From: Myxococcales bacterium
GTDB lineage: Bacteria; Myxococcota; Myxococcia; Myxococcales; Anaeromyxobacteraceae
Direction of reading: 5' to 3'
DNA length: 19,892 nucleotides
NCBI GenBank assembly: GCA_038320275.1
Contig: JBBQEB010000064.1
Location: 1-19,892, forward strand
Below the pieces are notes generated by a model, which was not told the origin of the DNA, searched no databases, and saw only the letters and a program-made list of their open reading frames with translations. Made by a program: the position numbers and the translations under genes. Below are positions 7,301 to 16,456 of the stretch, piece by piece. Position 1 is the stretch's first letter. Every line of letters begins with the position of its first letter.

Positions 7301-10300
7301 CGGTTCAGCTCGGCGAAGCGGTCGAGCTTGCTGTACAGCCGCTCCAGCCCGGCGAGCGCCTCGCGCTTCCCGTCGTCGAGGCCGAGCACGGCGCGGTAGG
7401 CCTCCACCGCGGCCTCCTCGTCGGAGAGCTCGTTCTCCATCAGGCCCGCGATCTGGATCTGGCAGTCGATACGGCTCGCGTCGTCGGGCGCGAGGTCGCG
7501 CGCGCGGGCGAGGATGCCGGCGAGGTCCGCGAAGCGCCCTTCGCGGCGGTAGAGCGCGGCCAACGACTGCAGCGCCACCTCGTCGGCGCCGTCGAGCTCC
7601 AGCACGCGCCGCAGCGCGGTGACCGCCTCCTCCGGATCGTGGAGCTGGCCGTCGTAGATGCGGGCCATCTCGAGCAGCGTCGCCTTCTTCTCCTCCAGGC
7701 CGGCCGCCGCCTCCAGCTTCTGCTCCAGGGCGATGACGAGGTCGCGCACGCGCCCGCGCCGGGTGAAGAGCGCGGTGAGCGCGTCGAGCGCGTCAGGGCT
7801 CGCCGGATCGGCCTCGAGCGCCCGGCGGAAGGCCGCCTCGGCGCCGTCGGGATCGTCGAGGCGCGCGTCGCGCACGCGCCCGAGCGCGAGGAGCAGCTTC
7901 GCCCGCGGCAGGCCGCTCGTCTCCTCCGCCACCTGCTCGTACACGGCTGCGAGCTCGTCGTAGGCCTGCGTCTCCCCGGCCAGCCGCTCGGCGGAGGCGC
8001 CCAGCGCGGGGTCGCCCGGATCCTCTCCGAAGGCGCGGCAGAGGGTGATGAAGGCCATGTCCTTCTGGCCCAGCCGCTTCTCGTGGATCTCGGCCACCTC
8101 CTTCAGCACCGCGGTGCGCTCGCCTTGCTCGGTGAGCTGCGCGGTGAAGAGGTCCGACACGCGCACGTAGGAGCGCCAGTTGCCGCTCCGGGCGTAGATC
8201 TCCTTCAGCCGCACCCATGCGTCGCGGCGGGCGGGGGCGAGCTCCAGCACCTTCTCCAGGGCGGCGGCCGCGAGCTCGGCCTTGCCCAGGCCGCGCTCCC
8301 ACGCCTCGGCGGCGGCTGCCCAGCCGTCCACCGCCTCCTCCGTGCGGCCCGCCGCGCCGAGCAGCGCCGCGCGCGCCTCGATGGCCTTCACCCGCTCCGC
8401 GGCGGCGCCGGCAGCCTCGAAGATGGCCCCCATCCGCGCCAGCTCCGCCTCGCCGTGCGGCTCGAGCTCGAGCGCGCGCCGGCCCTGCTCGGCGGCCTCG
8501 CCGCGCTTTCCGGCGCGCAGCAGCACCTCGGCGAGCTGCAGCCGGATTCCCTTCACCCCGGCCGCGTTCTCCTGGAGCGGAACGAGGCGGCGGTACACCG
8601 AGGCGAGCCCCTCCAGGTCGCCGCTCGCGGCGTGCAGGTCGCGGAGCGCCTCCAGGGCGCCGCGGTTGCGCGGGTCGGCGTCGAGCACGGCCAGGTAGGA
8701 GCGCACCGCCTCGGCCGGCTGGCCGAGCCGCGTCCCCAGCAGCCCTCCCAGCTTCTCGTGCAGCCGGGCCACCTCGCGGCGATCGACCGTGATGGAGAGC
8801 TTGCCTCGCAGCGCCTCCGCCAGCTCCGGCCAGCGGCCGAGCCGCTCGTACAGCGCCTCCAGCGCGGCGAGCGCCCCCTCGTGGCGAGGGTCCTGGGCGA
8901 GCGTCTCCTTCCAGAGGGTCACCGCCTCCTCGTCCTTGCCCAGCGCCTGGGTCACGGACGCGAGCCGGGCGGTGAGCCGCTGCCGCGTGGGCGGGTCGGT
9001 GGCGAGCGACCGCTGGGCCGCGAGATTTTCGGCGAGGTCGGCGTGGCGTTCGGCGCCGTCGTAGATGCGCTCCAGCGCGCGCAGCGCGGCGGGCTGGCGG
9101 GGCTCCACCTCGAGGAGCGCCTCGTAGGCTCGGGCGGCACGGGCGGGGTCCTGCAGCGCCTCCTCGCAGAGCTGGCCCAGGCGGAACAGGAACGCGCCGC
9201 GCTCGGCGGGGGGCGCGAGCCCAGCCTCGGCCCCCAGCACCTCGGCGAGCTCCGCGTGGCGTCCGGTGGCGCGGTAGAGCCTGTCGAGCCCAGGCAAGGC
9301 GCGCGGAGCACCGGCCGCGTCGAGCGTCCGGGCCCGCTCCAGCCAGCGGATGGCGTCCTCGGGCGCGGAGAGCTCGTTCTCGTGAAGGCCACCCAGCATG
9401 AGCGCCACGTCGACCGCGGGGGCCGGCGGGAGGCGGTCGAACTCCTCCTCCAGCACGCCGGCGAGCTCTTCGGCGTTGCCGTTGGCGCGCGCCAGCCGGG
9501 CCAGCTCGCCGCGCAGCGCACCGTCGGCGGGATCGTCGCGGAAGGCGCGGCAGAGCGCCACGAAGGCGAGCTCGCGGTTGCCGAGCCGCTTCTCGCGGAC
9601 GTCGGCGAGCTCCAGGAAGAGCGCCTTGCGCTCCACCGGGTCAGGGCGCTCGCCGGCCCGCAGCTCCAGCACCGCCGCGTACTTGGCCCAGGCGCCGGTC
9701 GCGGCGTACGCGCGCTCCAGCACCGAGGCGGCCCGCGCGTGCGCGGGATCCCGCTGCAGGAGCCCTTCGATGCGGGAGAGCGCCTGCGGGTCCTCAGGGC
9801 GCGCGGCCAGGATCTCCTCGTAGAGCGCGAGAGCCCCCTCGCGGTCGAGCAGGCGCGTCTCCTTCAGCTCGGCGAGGCGCTGGCGGAACGCCGTGGCAGC
9901 CGCGATGTCCTTCGCCCCCACGGCCGCGGTGGCCTCCCGGGCCAGCACGTCCGCGAGCTCCACCCAGCGCTCGGTGGCGACGCAGAGGCGGTCGAGCCGT
10001 GCCAGCGCGTCCCGGCGGCCCGGGGCGAGCTCCAGCAGGCGGTGCAGGGTGACGACCGCCGCCGCCGGATCCCGCAGCCCCTCGTCCTCGACGGCGGAGA
10101 GCTCCGCGAGGAGCTCCGCTCGGGCGCCGGGATCCTCCTCGACGGCGGCGCGGCGGCGCAGGTTCTGGGCGAGCGCCTCCACGTCCCCGGAGGAGCGATG
10201 CGCCGCGGTGAGCCCAGCCAGCGCCTCGGGATCGTCCGGAGCGAGCTCGAGCAGCTTGCCCCATGCCTGCCCGGTCGCGGCCGGATCCCCGCCGCGCGCG

Positions 10301-13300
10301 GCCAGGTGGGCCACCCGGCGCCGCAGCTCGAGCCGCGCCCGCGGATCGCGCGCGCGGTCGGCGATCTCGGCCAGGAGCGAGGCGAGCTCGTCGTGCAGGT
10401 GCGCGCCCTCGGCCAGGCGCGCCGCGAGGGCAATGCCCTCGGCCGCGTCCGGGTCCTCGCGCAGCGCCGCCGCCGCGGTGAGGAAGGCCACCTCGGGGCT
10501 GCGGAGGGGACCGGCCTGGATCTCCGCCGCGCGGCGCAGGAGCGCGGCGCGCGTGGCGGGCACGGGCGCCGAGGCTGCCCGGGCCTCCAGGGTCTTCACG
10601 CGCTTCGCGTGCTCGCCCTCCTGTTCGTAGACGGGCTCCAGCAGCGCCGCTGCCTCGTCCGCGCCTGCGGAGCCTCCGAGCGCCAGCTCCTCCAGGGCGG
10701 ACAGCGCGGCCGGGTGGCGCGGCACGCGCTCCAGCACCCCGCGGTAGCTCGCGAGCGCCCCCGACACGTCGCCCAGCCGCTGCTGCCGGATGCGGCCCAG
10801 CCGGAAGCGCAGCTCCGCCGCTTCGGCCGCCAGGTTGGGGCGCCCCTCCAGCACCTCCACCTCGCGCCCCAGCACCTCCACCAGCTCGTCCCAGCGTTCG
10901 GCGCCTCCTAGCAGCTTTCCCAGCAGCCGGAGCGCGTTCGGGTCCTCGGGATCGACGGACAGGATCTGGCGGTATGCGTCCATGGCGCCTTCGCGGTCGG
11001 TGAGGTGCTCTTCCATGATGGTGGCGACCTCGAAAAGGAGGTCCTTCTTCTCCGCTGCGTTGGTCGCGCGCTCCGCCTGCCGCCGGAGCACGCTCGCGAG
11101 CTCGCGGTGGGCGCCCGACGCACGGTGAAGGCGCGCCAGGGCGCGCAGCGCCTCGCCGCCGTCCGCCTCTCCCGCCAGCGCCTCCAGCGCGCGCGCGGCG
11201 AGGTCGGGCCGGGAGAGGCGCTCCGCATAGAGGGACGCCAGGCGGCGGCGCACGTCGGCCGCCGGACCGGGCGGGAGCCCCCGCTCCAGGGCCGCCTCGT
11301 AGGCCACGGCCAGCCCGGCGAAGTCGCCGGTGGCGGCCGCCAGGCGCTCCAGGTGTGCCCGCAGGGTGGGATCGTCCTCGCCCGGCGGAACCACCTCGCG
11401 CAGCGCCCGCTCCCGGGCCGCGAAGGCCTCGGCGCGCTGGCCGAGCCGCTCCCGCAGCACCGCCACCTCGGCGAGGAGCGGCGCGCGCTCGGCGGCGTCG
11501 GCCGTCTCCAGCCGGGCCTCCAGGAGCGCCGCCAGACCTCGGGCGTCGCCCTGGGAGCGCAACACGTCCTCGAGGATGCGCGCCGCCCCGTCTCGCGTGG
11601 ACGGAACCGCGAGGAGGCGCCCCAGTCCGTCCACCGCGCGGCGCTCCTGCCGGCTCTCGGCCAGGACCTCGGCGTAGGCGTCGAGCGCGTCGCGGGGATC
11701 GATGGCCTCCAGCAGCGCCGCTCGCTCGGCGAGGAGGCCGAGCCGGCGCGGCGCGTCGTCGCGGGCGAGGTCGGCCTGCGCGCGCAGCACGCGCGCGAGA
11801 TCGGCGCCGCGGCCGCCCTCGCGATGGGCCCGCGCGAGCAGCGCGAGCGCCTCGGCGCTTCGCGGGTCCTCGCGAAGCGCGTCCTCGGCGGTGGCGAGCG
11901 CCGCCGCCCCCTCGCCGAGGGAGGCCTGCAGCCCGGCCAGCCGCACGAGCTGCGCGGCGCGCTCGGGGCCCTGCGAGAGCGCGGCACGCCGCCGCGCCAC
12001 CTCGGCGAGCTGGGTCGCCTCGCGCGCGTCGCCGTAGAGCCGCTCCAGGGCCTCCAGCGCCTCGCGGTCCTCGGGCACCTCCTCCAGCACCCGCCGCCAG
12101 GCGGCGATCGCGCCGGCGGCCCCGCCACCGTCCTCCCCGCCGCGCTCGGTCCGCACCCGTGCCGCCCGGCGCCACAGCTCGAGGGCCTCTTCGCCCGCGG
12201 CCGACGCCGCCGCGGCCTCGTGGACGAGGGCGAGCTCTTCCTGCAGCCCCGCCGCGCCCGCGAGGCGCACCAGGTCGGCCTCAGCCTCCTCCCGCGCGGG
12301 GCCGCCCTCCGCGAAGGCGCGCGCAGCCGCCTCGAAGGCGAGCCGGAGGTCGCCCCCATCCCGCTCATGCGTCGCGCGGATCTCGGCGTGCAGGCGGGCG
12401 CGCTCGCGCGGATCGGAGACCGCCGCCAGCCGGCGCTCGCGCAAGGCGACGCGCGCCGCTCCCTCGCCGGCGCCGCGGAGGAGGGCGTCGGCGGTGGAGA
12501 GCGCCTCCCGTCCCACCGGTCCCGGCGCGGACGCGAGGTCGAGCAGCGCCTCGCGCGCGGCCGCATGACCGGGATGTTCCCGCAGCACCTCCACGAGCGT
12601 GGAGAGTGCCTCGGCCGGGGCGCCCATCCTGCGCCGCAGCCCGGCGAGCCGCACCCCGACGTCGGGCTCCGCGCCGGCGCTCCCCTGGGCGCGGCGCCGC
12701 TCCAGGAGAGCGGCCAGCTCCGCCGGGCGATCGAGCCCCGAGAGGAGCCGCTCGAGCGCGCCCTGCGCCTCGGCATCGCCCGGCTCCGCCGCGAGCACCC
12801 CTTCCCAGGCTTCCACCGCTCGTGCGCCCTGGCCGAGCGGTGCTTCGAAGAGCCTCGCTGCCTCGCGAAGAGCGCCGAGCCGCTCCGCCTCGTCCTGGTG
12901 CGCGGGCGCCCGCGCGAGCTGCATGCACGCCTCCGCGAGCTCGCGCTCTCGCCCCCCCGCCCGGTGAAGCCGGCGCAGCGCCCGGAGCGCCTCTCCATCG
13001 CCCGGCGCGAGGCGCAGCACCTCGCCCCAGGCCCGCTCCGCGCCCGCGGCATCTGCCAGCCGCTCCTCCTGCAGCGCGGCCAGCTCGCGCCAGGCGACCA
13101 CGGCCTCCTCCGGGCGAAGCGCAGGGAGGAGGGCGTCGTAGGCAGCCGCGGCCTCCGCGTCGCAGCGCGCGCGCTCGGCGGCGCCGCGCAGCTCTGCGCG
13201 CAGCTCCACGTCGCCGGGGGTGGCGCGCACCGCGCGGTGCAGGGCGGCCAACGCCATGGACCACTGCCCGAGCGACTCGCCCCAGACGCGCGCGGCGCGC

Positions 13301-16300
13301 CGCTCCGCCGCCGCGCGCGAGCCCGGATCGGCGGCCCGCGAGGCGACGACCTCCAGGGCCGCCAGCACGCGCCGCGGCTCGCCCGCCGACTCGGCCGCGG
13401 CGAGGAGCGCGCCAGACGCGGCCCGCGATACCGCCGGATCCGGCGCGCCGGCGAGCCGCTCCAGCGCCGAGCGGGCGTCCTCGTCCCCGGCCGAGACCTT
13501 CAGGGCGGCGCGGAAGTGGGCGATGGCCGCGGCGGGATCCGACAGCGCGCCCGCTCGCAGGTGGGCGAGCCGCCGCGCGGCCGCTGCGGTGGCGGCGGGA
13601 TCTCCGGCGGCGCTCACAGCCTCCTCCAGCGCACGCGCCTCCCCCGCGCCGTCCCCGGATGCACCGAGCGCCGCCGCCAGTCTCGTGAGGAGCCGCGCGC
13701 TGCGGCCGGAGCCGGCCAGCCCTGCCGCCTCCCGGTAGACCTCGGCCGCCCGGGGAGGATCGGCAAACGGGTCCTCCTGCACGGCGGCGAGCTCGTCGAG
13801 AAGCCCCGCGCGCTCGCCCCCGCTCGCCCCGCGGGCGCGGAGGAGGAGCAGCTCGCGCGCCTCCTGCGGGCGTTCGCTCGCCACTGCCAACCGGGTCAGC
13901 GACGAGAGCACCGCCGGATCGCCGGGCGAGAGCGCGAGGCAGCGCCGGAGCTGCACGGACGCGCCGTCGAGGTCGCTCAACCTCTCCTCCGCCACCCGGG
14001 CAGCGGCCATCCTCAGCGCGCGCTCCTCCGCGCCGTGGCCCTCCAAGCGCGATGCCGCCTCGTCGAGGAGCGCGTACAGCTCGGCGAAGGCCCCCACCGC
14101 GCCGGCGAGCCGCTCGCAAACCTCTCGCGCCTCCCTGCTACCCGGAGCCGCGCGCAGCCCCGCCTCGGCGGCCGAGAGCGCCCCGCGCAGATCGCCCAGC
14201 CGCACCTCGCGCACCGAGGCGGCCTCGAGCAGGATCCGGGCCCTCTCGCCTGGCTCGGCGCCCGCCGGAAGGCGCTCGGCCAGCAGCTCCAGCATGGCGA
14301 CGCTCTTCGCGTGGTCGCCCGCTGCAGCGAACGCCGGAGCCAGCGCCTGCGCGATGCGCACCGGCTCGGTGCCGCCGGCGAGGAGCTCCTCCAGCGCGGC
14401 GGTCGCCTGGCCCAGGGAAGGCGGTGGCAGCTCGCCTCCCTGCACCGCGCCGAGGAGGATCGCCGCCGCCTCGCCCCTGCGCCCGAGCGGCTCGCGCAGG
14501 AGGAGCGCGCGCTCCACCTCGACGGTCGCTCGCTCCACGCCGGACAGCTTCCCGGCGAGGCTCGCGAGCACCTCCGCGCGCTCGGCAGCCCCGCCGTCCG
14601 CGGTCTGCGCGAGGGCATCTGCGAGGGCGCGCAGCGACGGGACGTCCTCCCCCGCCGAGACCACCTCTCGCCAGGCCGCGGCAGCCCGCAACGCATCGCC
14701 TGCCCCCGCGTACACCCGCGCCAGCTTGGCGAGGAGCTCCCGCCGCTGAGGCTCGGGAGCGTCGGCGAGGCGGGCGCGTAGCTCGGCCGCCACCTCGTGA
14801 AGCTCACCGGCCCGGATTCGGCATCCCTCGAGCGCGGCCCGCGCGCCCGCATCGGCCGGGTCGGCGGACACGAGCTCCCGCCAGGCCTCCACCGCCTGGT
14901 CCGGCCTCCCGAGATCGCGATCCCACACCTCCGCCGCCCGGCGCAGGAGGAGCTTGCGCGCCGCGGGGCCGGCAGACGGCGCGTCGGCGGCCGCGCGATA
15001 GGCTCGCGCGAGCTCGGGATAGAGGTCGGCCTGCGCCGCCGCGCCGTCGAGCGCCCCTTGCACCGCGGCGCTGCCGGGATCGAGCCGAAGCGCCTCGGCG
15101 AGGTGCTCCAGGGCAGGGCGCGGCGAGGCAAGGCGCTCGAGCTCCACCGCCGCCAGCCGCTCCAGCGCCCGCGCGCGGGCGAGGCCCTCCGGCTCCGCCG
15201 CAGCGGCCACCGCCAGCGCGTCGGCCAGCCGGCGCCACTCCCCTGCCCTCTCCAGCACCGGCGCGAGCGCCCGCGCCACCGCGGGCTCGCCCGCATCGAG
15301 CCGCGACGCGGCCTCGAGGTGCACCCGGGCGCGCCCGTCGTCTCCGGCCGCCAGCGCGAGCTCTGCTGCGAGGAGGCGATGGGCGACGTGCTCCGGGCGC
15401 TCCGGGGCGGCGCCGAGGTGCGCCTCCAGCACCGCCAGCGCCTCGGCCTTCCTCCCCGCGTCGAGGTGCAGCTCGAGGAGGTGCACCGCCGCCGGCCCGC
15501 TGGCGGGATCGAGCTCGAGCGCCCGCCCGAAGCTCTCGCTGGCGAGAGCGGCGTCGCCGAAGGCCGCGAGATCGCTCTCTCCCAGGCGCAAATGGATCGC
15601 CGCTCGCGCGGCGCGGTCGCGCACCGATTCGGCCAGCCGGCGCAGCGCCCCGGAGAGCCCCGTGGCGTCGTTGTGCGCCCGGTGGTAGCGCTCCAGGAGC
15701 TCGAGCGCCCGCGCGTTGCCTGGCGCGAGGAGGAGCGCGCGGCCGACGAGCTCGTGGAAGCGGGAGGCGTCGTCCGGAGCATGCGCGGCGTGCAGGGCGG
15801 CGGCCCTCAGCACGCGCTCGGCCGCGGCGCGCCGCTCCTTCGCCCGCGCCGCGCCGTCCAGCAGCGCCTGGGCCTCTGCGCGCCAGCCGGCGCGGGCGCG
15901 CTCGAGCTCCTCCAGTGCGGCAGCCGGGCCCGGCAGCGCAGGGTCGAGCGCGCGCGCCGCCGCGAGCGCTTCGGAGGCGAGCGCGTGGTCGAGCGGCTCT
16001 GCGACGAGGAGCGCGCCCAGCCGCGCGTACGCGGCGGCGAGCTGCTGCGGGTCGGAGCCCGCCGACCGCGCGCCGTCGAGCGTGCGCTTCGCCCAGCCGA
16101 AGCGGCGCAGCCCGAGCTGGCAGCGCAGCGCGGCGACCCGGGCCTCCTCCAGCGCGGGGTCGAGCCGGGAGGCGCGGGCGTGCATCAGGACCGCGCGGTC
16201 GGGCCGCCTCAGGCGCTCCTCCAGCGCGCGGCCCAGCTCGAGGTAGAGGCGGGCCGCCGCGGACGGATCGCGCGCCGCCGCGGCGCGCCGCTCCAGCTCG

Positions 16301-16356
16301 CGCAGCGAGAGCTCGTCCGCCGCGGCGACGCCCGGGGCCGCGAGGTGCGAGCGCAT
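4306..16356 (-). CDS. gltI: Giant TPR-repeat gliding protein GltI (AgmK-like), about 4,016 aa; alternative TTG start at 16383
   Basis: Uninterrupted 12-kb ORF made of TPR-like units (e.g. GDxxxAxxAYRxxLxxDPxxxxALxxLERLY...WxELA). Lies between cglE/gltH and gltJ, as in the Myxococcus glt cluster. No signal peptide is apparent. The start codon is uncertain. Confidence 0.85.
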   Translation of the reverse strand: MRSHLAAPGVAAADELSLRELERRAAAARDPSAAARLYLELGRALEERLRRPDRAVLMHARASRLDPALEEARVAALRCQLGLRRFGWAKRTLDGARSAGSDPQQLAAAYARLGALLVAEPLDHALASEALAAARALDPALPGPAAALEELERARAGWRAEAQALLDGAARAKERRAAAERVLRAAALHAAHAPDDASRFHELVGRALLLAPGNARALELLERYHRAHNDATGLSGALRRLAESVRDRAARAAIHLRLGESDLAAFGDAALASESFGRALELDPASGPAAVHLLELHLDAGRKAEALAVLEAHLGAAPERPEHVAHRLLAAELALAAGDDGRARVHLEAASRLDAGEPAVARALAPVLERAGEWRRLADALAVAAAAEPEGLARARALERLAAVELERLASPRPALEHLAEALRLDPGSAAVQGALDGAAAQADLYPELARAYRAAADAPSAGPAARKLLLRRAAEVWDRDLGRPDQAVEAWRELVSADPADAGARAALEGCRIRAGELHEVAAELRARLADAPEPQRRELLAKLARVYAGAGDALRAAAAWREVVSAGEDVPSLRALADALAQTADGGAAERAEVLASLAGKLSGVERATVEVERALLLREPLGRRGEAAAILLGAVQGGELPPPSLGQATAALEELLAGGTEPVRIAQALAPAFAAAGDHAKSVAMLELLAERLPAGAEPGERARILLEAASVREVRLGDLRGALSAAEAGLRAAPGSREAREVCERLAGAVGAFAELYALLDEAASRLEGHGAEERALRMAAARVAEERLSDLDGASVQLRRCLALSPGDPAVLSSLTRLAVASERPQEARELLLLRARGASGGERAGLLDELAAVQEDPFADPPRAAEVYREAAGLAGSGRSARLLTRLAAALGASGDGAGEARALEEAVSAAGDPAATAAAARRLAHLRAGALSDPAAAIAHFRAALKVSAGDEDARSALERLAGAPDPAVSRAASGALLAAAESAGEPRRVLAALEVVASRAADPGSRAAAERRAARVWGESLGQWSMALAALHRAVRATPGDVELRAELRGAAERARCDAEAAAAYDALLPALRPEEAVVAWRELAALQEERLADAAGAERAWGEVLRLAPGDGEALRALRRLHRAGGRERELAEACMQLARAPAHQDEAERLGALREAARLFEAPLGQGARAVEAWEGVLAAEPGDAEAQGALERLLSGLDRPAELAALLERRRAQGSAGAEPDVGVRLAGLRRRMGAPAEALSTLVEVLREHPGHAAAREALLDLASAPGPVGREALSTADALLRGAGEGAARVALRERRLAAVSDPRERARLHAEIRATHERDGGDLRLAFEAAARAFAEGGPAREEAEADLVRLAGAAGLQEELALVHEAAAASAAGEEALELWRRAARVRTERGGEDGGGAAGAIAAWRRVLEEVPEDREALEALERLYGDAREATQLAEVARRRAALSQGPERAAQLVRLAGLQASLGEGAAALATAEDALREDPRSAEALALLARAHREGGRGADLARVLRAQADLARDDAPRRLGLLAERAALLEAIDPRDALDAYAEVLAESRQERRAVDGLGRLLAVPSTRDGAARILEDVLRSQGDARGLAALLEARLETADAAERAPLLAEVAVLRERLGQRAEAFAARERALREVVPPGEDDPTLRAHLERLAAATGDFAGLAVAYEAALERGLPPGPAADVRRRLASLYAERLSRPDLAARALEALAGEADGGEALRALARLHRASGAHRELASVLRRQAERATNAAEKKDLLFEVATIMEEHLTDREGAMDAYRQILSVDPEDPNALRLLGKLLGGAERWDELVEVLGREVEVLEGRPNLAAEAAELRFRLGRIRQQRLGDVSGALASYRGVLERVPRHPAALSALEELALGGSAGADEAAALLEPVYEQEGEHAKRVKTLEARAASAPVPATRAALLRRAAEIQAGPLRSPEVAFLTAAAALREDPDAAEGIALAARLAEGAHLHDELASLLAEIADRARDPRARLELRRRVAHLAARGGDPAATGQAWGKLLELAPDDPEALAGLTAAHRSSGDVEALAQNLRRRAAVEEDPGARAELLAELSAVEDEGLRDPAAAVVTLHRLLELAPGRRDALARLDRLCVATERWVELADVLAREATAAVGAKDIAAATAFRQRLAELKETRLLDREGALALYEEILAARPEDPQALSRIEGLLQRDPAHARAASVLERAYAATGAWAKYAAVLELRAGERPDPVERKALFLELADVREKRLGNRELAFVALCRAFRDDPADGALRGELARLARANGNAEELAGVLEEEFDRLPPAPAVDVALMLGGLHENELSAPEDAIRWLERARTLDAAGAPRALPGLDRLYRATGRHAELAEVLGAEAGLAPPAERGAFLFRLGQLCEEALQDPARAARAYEALLEVEPRQPAALRALERIYDGAERHADLAENLAAQRSLATDPPTRQRLTARLASVTQALGKDEEAVTLWKETLAQDPRHEGALAALEALYERLGRWPELAEALRGKLSITVDRREVARLHEKLGGLLGTRLGQPAEAVRSYLAVLDADPRNRGALEALRDLHAASGDLEGLASVYRRLVPLQENAAGVKGIRLQLAEVLLRAGKRGEAAEQGRRALELEPHGEAELARMGAIFEAAGAAAERVKAIEARAALLGAAGRTEEAVDGWAAAAEAWERGLGKAELAAAALEKVLELAPARRDAWVRLKEIYARSGNWRSYVRVSDLFTAQLTEQGERTAVLKEVAEIHEKRLGQKDMAFITLCRAFGEDPGDPALGASAERLAGETQAYDELAAVYEQVAEETSGLPRAKLLLALGRVRDARLDDPDGAEAAFRRALEADPASPDALDALTALFTRRGRVRDLVIALEQKLEAAAGLEEKKATLLEMARIYDGQLHDPEEAVTALRRVLELDGADEVALQSLAALYRREGRFADLAGILARARDLAPDDASRIDCQIQIAGLMENELSDEEAAVEAYRAVLGLDDGKREALAGLERLYSKLDRFAELNRVYEKQAEIATDPREQVRILGKSASIWEEKLGNPEKAIERNEAVLRLDPGNLAAARSLEALYRREEAWEKLIAVLQHHATLTQDRRELVGLQVQVGEVWWKELDRIDRAEAMFSHALEVEPDARAAISSLARLYEESGNWNLALEMLGREARLAVGEEAVELQSRIGRIQREELGDEAAARLAYARALDVDPGHLPSLRALRGLAEASRDREAYLRQLLAEARYTKDDAERAKLLHEAGRIHQEERDDTDGAARLYEEALRRVPDFLPAARPLADLYIARADWKRAEAVLDVIVDRLTKDGEAKELCRQSYRLGYVAEKLGNRAKALQSYRQSYELDATYLPVLEGLGNLLVHEEAWEEALRIFQAILIHHRDGLTDLEVVETYWQIGSLQVRLGQGERAAKSFEKALEIDSGHEPSRQSLVEVLEGEGDFEGAIEHRQKLVSSLDGPRKVEAYLAIGAICRDRLGDPYQAIDAFSAASRLDPGNLVATEALLGLYRDTRQGQKAADVLGRLLQAPGVQADPQRAARLHHNLGLTLRDELSDELGAAQELERALDADPRLVQAFADLEALLTQAKRWPELEGAYVRMIGRLPKTPETAPARKALWKTLAELYRRVLGDPEKARMAYQVVARSDPDDAAAVEAHADLAAGLPGHEEEAAAAYRQALRAGTPPEKPLSALVKLHAGRKAYDDAYSAAQTLAFLVGGASADEAQVVSRLRRFARENATAALDDGLWVGSLLHERARGPLAAVMSLLAREAGGVFAQTPKDFELVPKRDEVDVAGSMLFFVNMYKYAARALGFAAPRLFRTGEASARLQLVPLQPPAVVAGEELFQDRPKKELWFHLGKALAFLRPELTLARLMPHDQLDEVFQAAVSLGTSRFTVTADPQRVERLKRRMEKELPEETRTQTLKKLARAYCDVQRPGDVRAFMDAAELTSNRVGALLTADLEVVRKLVVGGKAAVSKLKDETRLRDLVLFCTSEEYASLRQHLGLSVVVPNG
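8000..15200 (-). repeat. Protein-level super-repeat of about 308 aa within GltI
   Basis: A distinctive unit (A[FL]xxxx[R/E/A][AG][FLV]xxxP...xxRLA) recurs with its first Ala codon at 15114, 14181, 13254, 12339, 11427, 10488, 9567 and 8055. Spacings are 311, 309, 305, 304, 313, 307 and 504 codons. Confidence 0.7.
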
Positions 16357-16417
16357 CGTCTCGTCGAGGCCGGAGGGGTTCAAGGGATGAGGGAAGTGCC
16401 CGGAAGCTCGGGCGAAA

Positions 16418-16446
16418 AGTATAGGCTTGTCCCAGGACGGAGGGAA
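16418..16446 (-). promoter_or_regulatory. Possible sigma70-type promoter upstream of gltI
   Basis: Minus-strand TATACT (16423-16418) in the cglE-gltI spacer, 17 nt downstream of a weak TTCCCT (16446-16441; 3/6 match to TTGACA). The AT-rich hexamer is conspicuous in this GC-rich DNA. Confidence 0.4.
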
Positions 16447-16456
16447 TGACCTGGCG

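Noticed and set aside
3838..10911. 2,357-aa plus-strand ORF (also 11005-14781, 14797-16449 and 16947-19373)
   Set aside because: Antisense shadows in register with gltI, gltJ and gltG codons. High-GC codon usage depletes stops on the opposite strand, and the products show no recognisable domains.
4306..16356. Frequent short palindromes (GAGCTC, CTCGAG, GCGCGC) suggesting an array or site cluster
   Set aside because: Explained by Glu-Leu, Leu-Glu and Ala-Arg codon pairs in TPR helices. No constant repeat-spacer structure, so not CRISPR-like.
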